A stretch of DNA of 64,000 nucleotides from Marsupella aquatica. Its lineage: Eukaryota; Plantae; Marchantiophyta. The stretch lies in NCBI GenBank assembly GCA_973895155.1, contig OZ316893.1, positions 25,966,798 through 26,030,797 on the forward strand, written 5' to 3'. A model generated the notes under the pieces. It was given only the letters and a program-made list of their open reading frames with translations, did not search any database and had not been told where the DNA came from. This document shows, piece after piece, positions 1-12,246 of this stretch. The first letter of the stretch is position 1. Every line of letters starts with the position of its first letter. The translations under genes were made by a program, and so were the position numbers.

Positions 1-254
1 AACGACACACGCGTGAGAGACTGTCCTAGACTGCATTCTCCTTTGAACCTTACCGAGCTATATAGTTTATAGTTGCCCAGAAGGAGAGCGAAAAAATGAC
101 AAATGAAGTTCTCTTTCTGAGCAGCGAATTTTGCAAGTGTCATTTCGTCGTTGATTTGATGACACGAGAACCGCTCCGTTAGGAACTGCTGGGCAAACAA
201 ATCTCTGTGCCTTTTGAAGGGAATCCCGGCCGATTCGACAACCAATCCTTGAAC

Positions 255-3200
255 TCACCACTGAAGCTCGTCAGGAAAATACTGCAACAGCAAACGCCAA
301 TTGCTATATCAGTTAGTTATGTCTCCGACACAGTTACCCAGCTGAAGAGGTGCAGGAAGTTAAATCAATTTCACACGTCTATCTATCTTGCAAACTTGTT
401 GGTCAGCACGCCGGAACAAGATTTAAGACTCCCCACAAGCGCTTACTTCCCGGCTTATTTTTCAACGCTGCTCATAACACATCAGGGACTGCCTTTTGTT
501 CTCAGCGGAGCGACATGATTCTACCGACAGAGGAAAGATGGAAAGAGAGGTATACAGTGATATTTTTTACCTTATCAATGAGAGCCTTATAGTAAGGCTT
601 GACTTTCTCAACGTCAACCCGGACCTTGCTTTTGGAGTAGAGATCGAACTTGCTGGCGAATCAACGATGGATACATTAAACAATCAGTATTGTCCAAAGA
701 ATCCTCTTTCCAGTGGCACGGTCAATTATATCAATCTCTACGCTAGAAGCCTAATAAGAGAAATGCCAGTCCGTTCGTGAGGATTCTTACGAGAATCAAT
801 ATTTTGACAATACCTTTTGTGGTCTCTTTTGGACCGAGTTCATACTCACTTGAACTCAAGGAGCCAGGGAAGCATCTCTCGATCAAAGTCATTCATGAGA
901 TGAGAATAAGCCCCGGCGCGGTGAAGCGCTGTCGTTTGCACATTCAACGGCACTCTATCAGTACTATAGGGAAGGTTGTAACCTCAGCAATTGCATAATG
1001 ACTCAAGGCGTTTCCACTTACGGACCTACTTACGGACCTACTTGATACTTTCTCTGCTGACGGGTAGAAATGCTCTACAGTAGCTCATTTCTGCTAAATG
1101 CAGCTAAAGGAGAGTGCCTACAAAATCCTCGGACAGATATCGAGCGCATGATTGTCATCAAAGCTCCCTCTGGCCGACTTTACAGCTTATTGGTTGGAAA
1201 CGGCACTCACCGTAAAATGAATGGTACCGAATAACAAACATAGCTTGTGGAGGCAGAGTACTCTTGTTCTGCTTCAGCACCTGCAAACATTGGATTACAA
1301 GCCCGATTACAAGTTATGGAGCCTGCCGGACGCTAATGTTCCATCATTTCGCTCTTGGTGTCCGAATACGTCAAAGGTCTCTGTGCCCTGGGGCGCAACC
1401 TACAAATGTGACTGCAATTTTAGCGCTGAATTCCTTGTATGAACAGAGTGCTTTGATGATTCAGCTTTTAGGACTCCCAGTAACATCGAAATATTGCCAG
1501 TTTTTGCATCAATTTGTCGATAAGCGTAGGAGGCGCAACGCAAGGAAAGTTTTCATCCAATGATGAAAGGATTGCGTAGCAACAATGCCTAATTGAAGGT
1601 GGGTTGGGCATGTGAATACCTGGTACAGGAACTCATCATGTCCCCAAGACATTGCAACCTTGTCCAGTCCACATCCTTCCTCATATATGCCATTTTTGGA
1701 GGAGAATCTCTCGTTCTTTGTATCAACGTTGTCTACGAAGAACTGCAGACGAAAGAAGCTCACCTTGGAGTACCTCCTTTTTCCCGTTAATGAGACTGAC
1801 TATTCTGGAACGAAAGGAGCGTCGTAGAAAATTCTACGTCCTGTACTTTTATAGACGAAAGGGATTACAATACCTCGTGATGCACAATGGCTTCATCAAA
1901 GGCACAGCCGACGGGGTACGTGTCTCCTGCAAGAACATACCACGTAAAATATTAGCATTCCCGAGGAACGCGAATCGAGGATCCCAACAACCAATCGAAA
2001 ATTACAAACATCCTAGCAGCATTCTTCACTGATCTCAATCGGTTTCCAACAACTGCCAGCACTATTTGTGCTATTGAATTACACCAGAAAATGGCTCCCT
2101 CGTGCAACGTAGTTGTAGAATCTGTGTGATTGCACGGAGATAGTGGTGATCCAAAAGTGTGGCAAACTTGACATTTAGTAGAGGACTGTCGTAAAGGACT
2201 CTCACCGCGATGGTGATCACATCAGATCAATAGGGAGGCAGATCAATACGGAGGTTTCTGATTGTAGAGTAAACAGGGTAGTAATTGACTCCGAGACGGA
2301 ATCCTTCGCTTTCACTAGGGGAACGCTCCTATGCTTCGACACGACGGGCCTTGCTACTAACTGGGACAATGCTGCTTCCAGCATGATCCAGCTACTTCGA
2401 GCTTGAAACTTCTTATTTCGATGTTATCCAGCCCTTCGTGAATCTTCGCGAAGCAGGCAAATTGTCGGTACAAGCCTAGCTACGTCCAAGCTTGATTTCT
2501 CATAGCTACATATTTCTAGTTATAGAAATCATCTCAAGACTTGAGAACGAAGGATCCCTCGTGACAAGCGCAGTACGTAAACTACCTGAGTGAAGCGAAT
2601 TCACGTAGGCTGGGGCATGGCCACTGGCGAGGTGGGGGTCCTACAGGTGCTGAAGTTCAAAAGAACCGTACATGGTAAGGACAGAAGCGTACAAACAAAC
2701 CAGCAGGTGGCTCGACGTCACAACGCGTGCAAATCTCAGGCTCTCAGCTGGTCCCGCTTGCACTGACTGTAACCCTTCCACAGTAAACAATTGAAACAAA
2801 CGCAGTGACGATCTTCCTCTAGAGACCCTCGAATGACGGCAGTCAAGCCTGGTCAGGGGGTTCTGTGTCATTTAATTATTATTTTTCTCTTCAACGTAAG
2901 TTTCGCACAAGGCTCGGTCTCCACTTCTACGTCCTGCGCGTCCGTGTGCATGTGTGAAGAAACCGTCATGCCGCCAACAATGCCATCTCTCTATATCCAC
3001 TAAAGCGACATGATTTCGATCCGCATTGAGATCAAAGTGGCAATGAGCGCTGTCCTGCGTGGCTTGCTTCAACATATTGGAATCTTATCACTGTTAAGAA
3101 TGGCCGCAAAGTTGATGTCGTAAAGCAGCGATTTCAGCTTCTAAAGGTGGGACGTGGTGTGCATGCTGCCCATGTTCTCTGATATGGCTAAGCTATAAGT

Positions 3201-5284
3201 GGAAGCCACGCACTACTTAGAGATTCAGAGACATTGCCTTGGTTGCAAGGTTGGGCCCGGCTGAGTTGCTAGCCCGACGTCAGAAGTTTGGCAATGAAGA
3301 TTTATCTATGGAAGTATATTTTACACCTGGAACAAACTACATTCAACAGCTGGCTGGGACAGTAAGGCTTTCACTGTTGTTCCACCTGAATCATGCCGTT
3401 ACTCTCCACTACGTGTCTCCAACATAAAGGAACCTTGCGCCGCCATCTACAGGAGGATACTGATTCCACTACATACGTCCTTAGTATGTTGTGTTATGGG
3501 TTGGAGCATACCTACAACTGCCCACTGTGGTTCGGGTCCAAACTTTTGATGCAGTAAAACTTTGCCGAGATCTGCACATTGCCGAGGCCCAACAGCGCAT
3601 AATCAACTCAGCCGAAACAGATTTAGCCAACATAATGCTCGGTCGATACTTTATAATATGGAAAACAGGACAAGGTGATAGTATGTAGTTGTCACAATAT
3701 AATTTCTAGAGGTTTTGAGACGACATTGCAGGTATTAGTGGAACTACCGCATCCGTAAGAACGTACTCGTGAGATTCTACTGATGAACGTAAATCACGCC
3801 TAGCAGAAGAATTGTGGATGTCTCGTGGCAGCTTGAGATTGACATTTGTGAACTGCTAGAAATTCGGAGATTCTTTAAAAGTAGGGACTCACGACGCAAA
3901 CTTTCAAGCATACTGAATTTAACGACTGACTCCTTCGTTGGAGTCTGCAATGCCGAAATTTGAAGCAATTCGGAAGATGTTCTAATAGCAGAGTGCGACT
4001 TTACCACAAGAAATAATTCTACAAAATGCCAGCAGCCGGTGACCACGTCGGTAGTCGAACGACTCATGTAGATGTAGCACGTGATTAAGGTATTCCTAGG
4101 ACACTCGGAAAATTTCAGGTTTTTATTGGGGACAAAATAGCGCTCCAATCCTGAGTGGATCACTCGCTGTGTACAATAAACAAGTTGTTGTACCGTGAAT
4201 TAGTCCCGTTAGATGGAACCAGTCTTCGTCAGGGTGGGCTTTCCGAATCGCCTCAGCAGTTTGCAAGAGGTGTTCAATTTGTGGCTCATCCAGGTCGGGA
4301 TCGCTCTCATCGACGAATTCGTTCAGCAGCTCGCAGCAGTCCCAGATGCTCATCACTGCTTTGTTGAATTGCAGATGTTTCGCGCGAATATTCTGGCCCT
4401 GAATGACACAACCAACAAAGATAGCCTTCGTCACGTGGACAGCATTCGTTGCTCATGTAAACAGAGTTGCGTGGTATATCAATTCACAACAATTCCACAC
4501 CTGCACGTTAAGACACCATTCCATTGAGCCATAATGTTAATGACACAGTCCTCTGTTTAAGTTTACACGCTACACGTCAAAGCTTTTTAATAATCTAAGG
4601 GTAATATTCAAGATAACCTAAGTTGCTACCTTTCACACAGAACTGCTTTCTGAAATCACACGAATTCTTGAAAGGATGGCTAGCCCCCTTCAAACGCAAA
4701 GCATGGTGCCTTCAACCATTGACAGTTTTGACCTTGCCGTCTCTTGTAGGAGTGAAAATCTCTATCATTGAGTGAAAGTCAGTCTGATCGGTCAAAGTTC
4801 AGAGACCAACTTGATCTAATGGAGAATAAGTGCTTACGAAGTCGTATGTCTGGTTGATGTGATTGATTTTGTAAAATTCCTGAACCCCTGCACTCCTTTC
4901 ATGTTCTTCATCATACACCCTGCATTTCAGGAAACAGACAGATCTCGTAAAAAACAACTGTAAACTGTCCAGCGAGTACTATGTACGATATTTTGCCCGT
5001 CAAGCTTTCAAGGGAAGTTTCAAGGTGAACAATGCAGGAGCCCACATTCTTGAAATCTACACGAGCACACATTTTCGAACGTACCTGAAATTCTGGCCAA
5101 ATGAATTCAGATCGGGCTTGGTGAATGTCGTTAGAAACTCTTTTGCAGCGGCCGTCAAATCATCAGCCGCGAGGTCAACAACGTTGGACCCATGGCACGC
5201 AGCCTCCTCTTCATACGACTGAGGCAGCATTAAAGCGTCCGTCGACGACGGCTCACTAGCCCGCTCTGCCAGAATCGGCCCCAT
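255..5284 (-). CDS. MIOX: myo-inositol oxygenase, about 10 coding exons (approx. 5085-5284, 4838-4919, 4193-4398, 3512-3571, 1874-1927, 1620-1742, 1211-1280, 850-929, 571-652, 255-281)
   Basis: Exons with GT-AG boundaries translate to MIOX motifs: NSFGQNFR, QEFYKINHINQTYDF, VDESDPDLDEPQIEHLLQTAEAIRK..DWFHLTGLIHDLGKVL, PQWAVVGDTYPVGCAF, MSWGHDEFLY, IRYHSFYALH, FNKFDLYSKS, YFPDELQW*. Confidence 0.95.
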
Positions 5285-5534
5285 TTTGATACTCACCGAC
5301 GAGACTCCAGCGAGGATTCCAAACAAGCCGCGGCCGAGTCCCCTCTTTTCAGAGCGTCCTGCTGCAACTCAATTGTCGCGCCACACACTCTCCACGTGAA
5401 CCACCACCGCAAAGAAACGCTCTGCAGAACTTGAATCAGACGTTGTAAATCGATGAAACGCCAGAACGAGACGGTCCACGCCACGAGACAACCAATCAAG
5501 GACAACACATTTGAAGTCCTTCGAATGCGCAACC

Positions 5535-5541
5535 TTATATA
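5535..5541 (-). promoter_or_regulatory. candidate TATA box of MIOX
   Basis: TATATAA on the minus strand about 250 nt upstream of the ATG at 5284. Confidence 0.35.
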
Positions 5542-5887
5542 CGTTCATCCCGGTTGAGCATGACCCTCTCCCTCGCTCATTCCCAACCAAACCCACGCCC
5601 GGTGACCACCATCGACATTGCTCAATCCGCCGCAGACAGTAGACAGTAGAAAGCTCAGTCTATTCAATCAATCAATTAATCATCAGTACAGTCCCTCACG
5701 TTTTTCAATGAAATTGTTCCACAGTTGTCATCCGATGGCTCCGCATAACCGAACCAGTCCGCACGAAACCGATAGGCGTCGCGTCTGACTCTTGCATAGC
5801 TTTCCTAGAAGGACAATTTTTCTCAAAACAGTACCAGCAAAGTAAAACGAGAGAAGAAAGTGGGAAAGCTCCAGATCGAGCTAGAGT

Positions 5888-5950
5888 ACCAAACCAAACC
5901 AAACCAAACCAAAGAAAAGAAAAGAAAAGAAAAGAAAAGAAAAGAAAAGA
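5888..5950. repeat. compound microsatellite (CCAAA)n(AAAAG)n
   Basis: Directly visible pentanucleotide repeats. Confidence 0.95.
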
Positions 5951-6611
5951 CTAGCCTTCATTGGTTTTGTAGGTGTAACAGAACCCATCAATTCTCGATC
6001 CCCGTCTCGATCACGAGCTTGTCACACCTCCAATATCAGCGTAAAGCAATCATTTTCTTTTCCGTCTCGAAGTCGATTCTGCAATTTACTCGCACCGCAG
6101 TTCTGCATGCCGAGAAACCAGAAACGGACAAGACGGAATCACCAAACTGATAAGCGAAAGCACCGATTCCATGAGGGGCGATCGGTCGATCACGCGTTCT
6201 CCATAGCTGTGGGGGGGGGCTGAGCTGGGGGTGCGTCACCCGTCCACGCTGACTAGGCCGATCATGTCGTCATTGATGAAGAGCATGAAAGGAATGCAGG
6301 TCGAATACAGTGGTCCCATAATTATTGAGTGCCGTAGTCCCATTTACATGCACTGGCCCGGTTGAGTTAAAAATCTTGCAGAATAAAATTTTGATGTTAA
6401 TTTTCGTTGTTTATCGATAAGATAAGAAGAAAAATATAGCACAAATAAAATTTATATGTTATTTTGGGTAGTCAACCTCGTTTTTTTGCCCATGTTCATT
6501 TTGGTTTTCTCTTTATTTAGAGTTGATATCACTTTTCTGCATTCTCTTTTAAACTTTTGATTTTATTGAAACTTATTCTCAGTTTTGTCTGTATTGGTAG
6601 TCTGTATTGGT

Positions 6612-7024
6612 AGTTACTGTCTTGAGTTTTCACTCTAGACCTAGGCCCTCGGAATAGGCTTCAATTGGCCCTCTTTGGGAGTTACGGTCTAGAGATTTCA
6701 CTCTAGACATAGGCCCTTAAGAATAGGCTCACTTAGTAAGATTCCCAACATGCCCTTCAAAATAGTGTCATCAATCTTACTAATAACCTAACATGCCCTT
6801 CAAAATAGTGTCATCAATCATCAATCTTATTAATAAAACCCAATGCAAAGCTACTTTCAAGGGCTATCTAGAGGCTTACCTGACATGCCCTTCAAAATAG
6901 TGTCATCAATCTTACTAATAAAACTCAATGCCCCCCTCAAATTTAGCAAAGTTACTTTCAAGGGCTATCTAGAGGCTTTTTTTCAAGGGCTGTCTAGAGT
7001 GAAGCCTCTAGAAAGTAACTCTCA
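6612..7024. mobile_element. MITE/foldback-like element with internal duplications
   Basis: 6676-6720 (tgggagttacggtctagagatttcactctagacataggcccttaa) is an imperfect inverted repeat of 6983-7024. Internal 3x acatgcccttcaaaatagtgtcatcaatc and 2x gcaaag(c/t)tactttcaagggctatctagaggctt. Similar termini near 55290-55325 and 60620-60670. Confidence 0.6.
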
Positions 7025-7347
7025 ATAAGATCAAACTGAAAAATTAAATATACCCAAAAGAATGAAACCAAAGCCCCCTGATGGACTTGAAGGTTGTCAA
7101 CCATCATCCCCATGGACTATGACACATAAACTAAGCTAATGATGAGAAAATCTAGGTAATCAATGTTCTATTGATCAGTTTACTTACTTTTCAAGTAGTT
7201 GGGAGACTATGGACACTTGAAAGTGAACTGAAAATATGTATTGAATGAAACAAATGTTTACATCTAGTATTGTATTTGAAATTTTTGAGACCTCTTTAGA
7301 GACCTCCATGACTCACGGCAAAGTACTGGAAGCGCTTATTGTAACAA

Positions 7348-7588
7348 GAGCAACGCTCCTTGAAAAATATCATTTCTTGGAGCTCTGCAGTGGGAAATTT
7401 AATTGAAGTGCTCTTTGTGAAAGAGCAACACTCTCTGAATAATAAGACCTCTCAAGAATATGCTCTTTGTTGCAGCAAAATAAGTCAAACCTCTCCTTAG
7501 CACAAGAGTGACACTCTATGGAAAATACAATTCCGTCTCAATAGCAATGCTCTATGAAATCCAAGATTTGCACCCAGTTTTCCTAGTG
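7348..7588. mobile_element. CACTA-like transposon end (relic)
   Basis: Ends in TTTTCCTAGTG (reverse complement CACTAGGAAAA), preceded by short palindromic subterminal-type repeats (GAGCAACGCTC, GAGCAACACTC, AGAGTGACACTCT, TAGCAATGCTC); no partner end found. Confidence 0.45.
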
Positions 7589-8144
7589 GAAATTGTTATA
7601 TTGGTTCACGAGGATTGTGTTGCTTGTTTCAATCTTTTGTGGGATTCTTGTGATCTATTATAAACATAAAAATATTCTTGAGGAAAAGATTGAATTAATT
7701 TTGCTTTTGCTCATTGAACAAACTACATGAGAGGCTAGAGTAAATTGTTAAGAGCTTAGTCTATATAATTTTATTACCATAAAGGCCAGATAAGGCATAC
7801 AAATACCTAAACATACCTTACATATTTTAAGTTTTTTTACTGAACTCTAAAAAAATGGTTAAAGTGACTAGCTTGAGGGAAAAGGATATTAAGATAATAC
7901 AACAAGACTTGCAATCAATGCTGATCTGGTTAGTACATGGTATCTTTGGACAAAAATGTAGATAGGTGGTGCTTTGACAAGGTACTTTTGGACAGGTGAA
8001 CAAAAGTGATGATGGGACATGGTATTTTTGGACACAAGTGTAACAAATAGTATCCAAGTAGATAGGGGTGTTTGAGTCAAGTCTAGATCCAAGTTTGGTT
8101 TGTCCATGGGAACTTCATAGACAACTATCAGTCCATCCCGACTT

Positions 8145-8266
8145 TAGGTTCCAAAAGAAGGGATGGAAGCAAAAATTGACATTGACTTTAAATAAGTACA
8201 AAACTAGGTTCCAAAAGAAGGGATGGAAGCAAAAATTGGCATTGACTTTAAATAAGTACAAAACTA
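8145..8266. repeat. 60-bp tandem duplication
   Basis: taggttccaaaagaagggatggaagcaaaaattg(a/g)cattgactttaaataagtacaaaac twice, one mismatch. Confidence 0.95.
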
Positions 8267-8983
8267 AGAGTGACTCAATAAAGAGAAAAAATAGAAATGA
8301 GTGTGAGAAAAAAGAGGGATGGAGGCAAACTAAGATACACTTGAACCCAAAAAAAAGGATGAAAGCAAAGATTAACAAAACTGACAGACTCAAAATTTAA
8401 ATTAAACTAACAGTGATTGTCAATAAATACAAAATAGAAGTTTAAGTTCTGCAAGTTTTGTTCTGCAATATATATTTTTATCTTAATTTCTATTTAGGGT
8501 AATCAGGCTAATAATATTGTAATATTGAGACCCCCTAACTCCACAATATCGAGACCCCCCAAACGGATAATCAGGCTAAGGGCCAACTTGCATGTAAATG
8601 GCCCTACCCTTTGCAGCCCTAAAACTGACTCACAGCAGCGTATTAGTGCATGAGAGAAAAATGTAGTCACCTCCTCCCATGCCAGTCCTGACAGCAGAAA
8701 CTTAGTTAGCAAATAGAAAGGCAAGGGCCCCAAAATTGCAGGTCCCAACCTCAACTTCTATATAAGACAAATGCCCTTGCCACAGTCTGCCTTTGTAAGT
8801 TTTGCCATAGTGCACATGACATGTAGTGAGGACAAAAAATGATAAGTTAGTATACAGATTCCAATCATCCTAAAATGTGGCGAGGGTAAAGGGACTCAAA
8901 GCACAAGCTCACTCACATGCCAGTTGGCCCTAATAATAGTGTAATATTGAGACCCATACTCCACAATATTGAAACCCCCTTAC

Positions 8984-9657
8984 TGTTACATTATCGCTCA
9001 TGATAGCTCCGTCACTTCCCGGCAAAAGGTCTTGCTCGTGAAATTCGATGGTCCAGCTCGGATTAGGTACACGATCGTTCATGAGAGCTCCGTCACAGAC
9101 ATGCTTCCCGATGGGGAACTCTACCGCCTTGCTCTGGTAACGCTAAGGTCCAGCTCGGATTTGGTCAGCCGTCCTTATCCTTATCCCTTATCCGCTGGAG
9201 TGCTGCACCACCCTCGTACATAGTACTCTTGTAGTAGGTACTGTACCCCAAGGCACTGATCCTAATCGGGTACGCATTATCATTATTCGGGATTTTGCCA
9301 CGTTGGGACTAGTTTAATCCGTTCCGTCCATTCAACAAATCGAGGGCTCACAGCAACAGATTCGTCTAACGGATTCCCTCGGAAGAGTCGCACGCTCCGC
9401 TAGTGAAGGATCAACAGGGCTTAATTAATCACGAAACAAGTTTTGGCGAGTGCGTAAGTATTTCCTACAGGTAGAAATTGATAATGTGGTCGATGCAACG
9501 CATGGACAGTGCAGATTGAAAGGATCGGTCAGTATACGCTGTTTATTGGAATGATTAATTACTCGATATTTTGGCGGGGGTACTGTACCGGACAGCCTCA
9601 CGACAAGCCACTGATTTCGCCCGTGCGTCACCTTGACACCCTCGGGACAGTGTAACA
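8984..9657. mobile_element. possible LTR relic
   Basis: GC-richer block bounded by perfect inverted termini TGTTACA...TGTAACA and followed by TGG; internal duplications; no target-site duplication seen. Confidence 0.3.
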
Positions 9658-10702
9658 TGGAAAACGACAAGCAGACCTTGACACCCTCATGGCACTCTGC
9701 AACAACGAATACGACAAGCACACCTCCCGCGTTGAACTGGGGTACAACGAGGATGCCCTCAGGTTTAGTTTGAGGACCTGTGGTCCCGGTCCCATGGAGG
9801 TAACTGCTAACGCTAAGGGTTTGGGTGGCTGTGTTTGAGTCATATAATATATCAGTATTTTCGAGTCATATAATATATGAGGTTTTTACTAAGCTACCCA
9901 ATTGCTCATGTTGGTTTGTAGATTCCATGCAACCTCACAGTCAAGACATAGGACAAATGTTGAACGCTTTAATTAAGCATTCACTTATCGTTCATGTGTT
10001 GCAATTGACATGCTTGTTTACGAGATCCAAAGTCAATTATTAAGGCCTTCAATAAAAGTCTGGCAAAGACAAAAGCCTGTTGATGTGAAACAATTGAAGT
10101 GCTGGTTCGAAAGGTCTCAATTCGAAATATGTCAACAGCAAAAGCCTGGTTGTGGCTCACTAAAGCTTCCTAGCAAGTGGAAATCCACAGCACGTCAACT
10201 GGAAATATTGAATTCCAAGTCCAATACCTTTGATACTGAAGGTACCACTTAGCAGGGACAAGAAGCTCAACCACAGACGATGGAGTGCTTTGAGTCCATT
10301 TTTTTAAGGGAATGATAAGAGCTATATATATTGAAGTTCCTACTGTGTTGGCAAAAGTCTGTGTAACTCCGGGTTCAAATCGTGCTAGTGGTCAAGTAAC
10401 ACATATCAATATGGCTTCCAGTTGCAGCAGACCAAAAGAAGCGATACAACACAAGATCACTGCTTCCCAATGCGAACTAAAAAGCCTTTTGAGAGTTATC
10501 AAAATTGTGTCAAGACTATTGTTGAACATTCTTGTCTACTACGTCCACTTTTTGGTTGGTAGAAGACAGTAACGATTCAACATCGAGCCACGATGGCATA
10601 AGTCTTAAGGTTTAAAAGCAACGGACAATTAAAAACCAATTTTGCCAGTCAACTGTACACGCTTCCATGAATGTAATAAAAAAAACCACTTGATGTTCTC
10701 CC

Positions 10703-10959
10703 CTGCATAATCACACATCAAAATGTGGCTGCATTTATTGATTGAAAGAAAAAAACTAGGGTTATCACGATATGCAGGGGTATTGTATATAGTATATATA
10801 CCGTGTGGTTGCATTTATTGATTGAAAGAAAAAAAACTAGGGTTATCACGGTATGCAGGGGTATCATATATAGTATATGCCTGATTGAAAGAAAAAAACT
10901 AGGGTTATCACGACATGCAAGGGTGTCGTATATAATATATGCCATATTTTGATGTGCAG
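10703..10959. repeat. small inverted-repeat-bounded element with about 3 internal 70-80-bp tandem units
   Basis: cacatcaaaatgtggc (left) versus gccatattttgatgtg (right); internal tgattgaaagaaaaaaactagggttatcacg..tgca..gggt three times. Confidence 0.6.
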
Positions 10960-12246
10960 GTACTGAGACTGATGTTCTTCTATCTCCAAATCATGCGAAT
11001 AACTTGGATTTATACTTGGCACCTTTGGTCGAGGATTTCTATAATTATAACTCGGATGCTTAAAACACCGACAATTTACATCATAACTTCGACTGGTAGG
11101 ACAATGCACGTGTACTTCATATGCTTGATTATGCACAACGTAGTTTGTTATATTAAATATTATATTATTTCTCTTATTCAGTACTCGATTCCTGGAGATT
11201 TGCCAGTTCAACCTCTGGTTCTGCATCAAGAGTACGCAGGTGGAAAGCATGTGCCTGGCAAGCTCTTGAACATTGGGCGTCTAAACTGGGGATCCTTCGG
11301 TTCTGGACATTTTCGTTGAGGCTGATGTGCAGCCGGCAATGTATCGTGAGACACTAGTTGTCGTCGACAGGCTTGTTTATATCCATCCATCACGCATATA
11401 AGAATGCAGCACATGGTAATGTTGGTGCTCATTTGTCCCTTGGTAATATGCCAGTGCTATCAGTTCACATTCTATTTGCCACAAGACAAAATTGCTACAG
11501 AGGTTTACCGGTACAATTTGTGGATGCATGGGATAGATGCCCAAAACTTCTATGGAGGACATGTTCTGATCTGGAGAGTAGAAATATATGTTATACTTTG
11601 TCGGGCCAAAAAGTTATGCTTGGCCATAGCCTAATATAAGGGCTGGTGAGTACTACCCTGCAGAACGAAGGAAGTGATTATTTGCCCATAAATGACATCG
11701 GATTGCCAATCAAATGCTCTCAGGTGCTGAAAAGAGAGGTCGTTGATATTTATCTGGAGAGCACTGGGTGGTCAGGTGACTTTGCAAGATTTTAAAGCCA
11801 ACGAGAAGGATATGAAATATGAAATCTCCTCCAGACATGGTCAAGCAGACTCCAAGTTTTTCTGAAGTCGGAGATCATAATTGCTGTACCCAAGGAGAAA
11901 AGACAAGATCAAACAACGTTGGACACCTTGATGCTAAACCTGCCGAATTTCTGCCTGACAAATTTGGACAAAATCGAGTTCACGCCTCGTTCAACGAGAA
12001 GTCCAAATCGTCACGGGACGGAAAAACCTTTTGTCTTCGTCGTCATATGTCCCTGTGTTCGTGGAACTAGCTACCTACTTCTCCTCCCTCAAGCTTTGCA
12101 CTGTCCATCAGGCTTCTGAAACGACTCGGATGCGGTTCTCACACAGCTTCGTTTTTGAAACACAGATTGAGACGAAATAATGCAAACAGAGAGATTATTG
12201 GGAGTAATCACCGATATTGGATGCGACACGTACTTAGGTGGAGTCC

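Noticed and set aside
1928-3511. Long MIOX intron with several short ORFs
   Set aside because: No motif, repeat or structure that I could support
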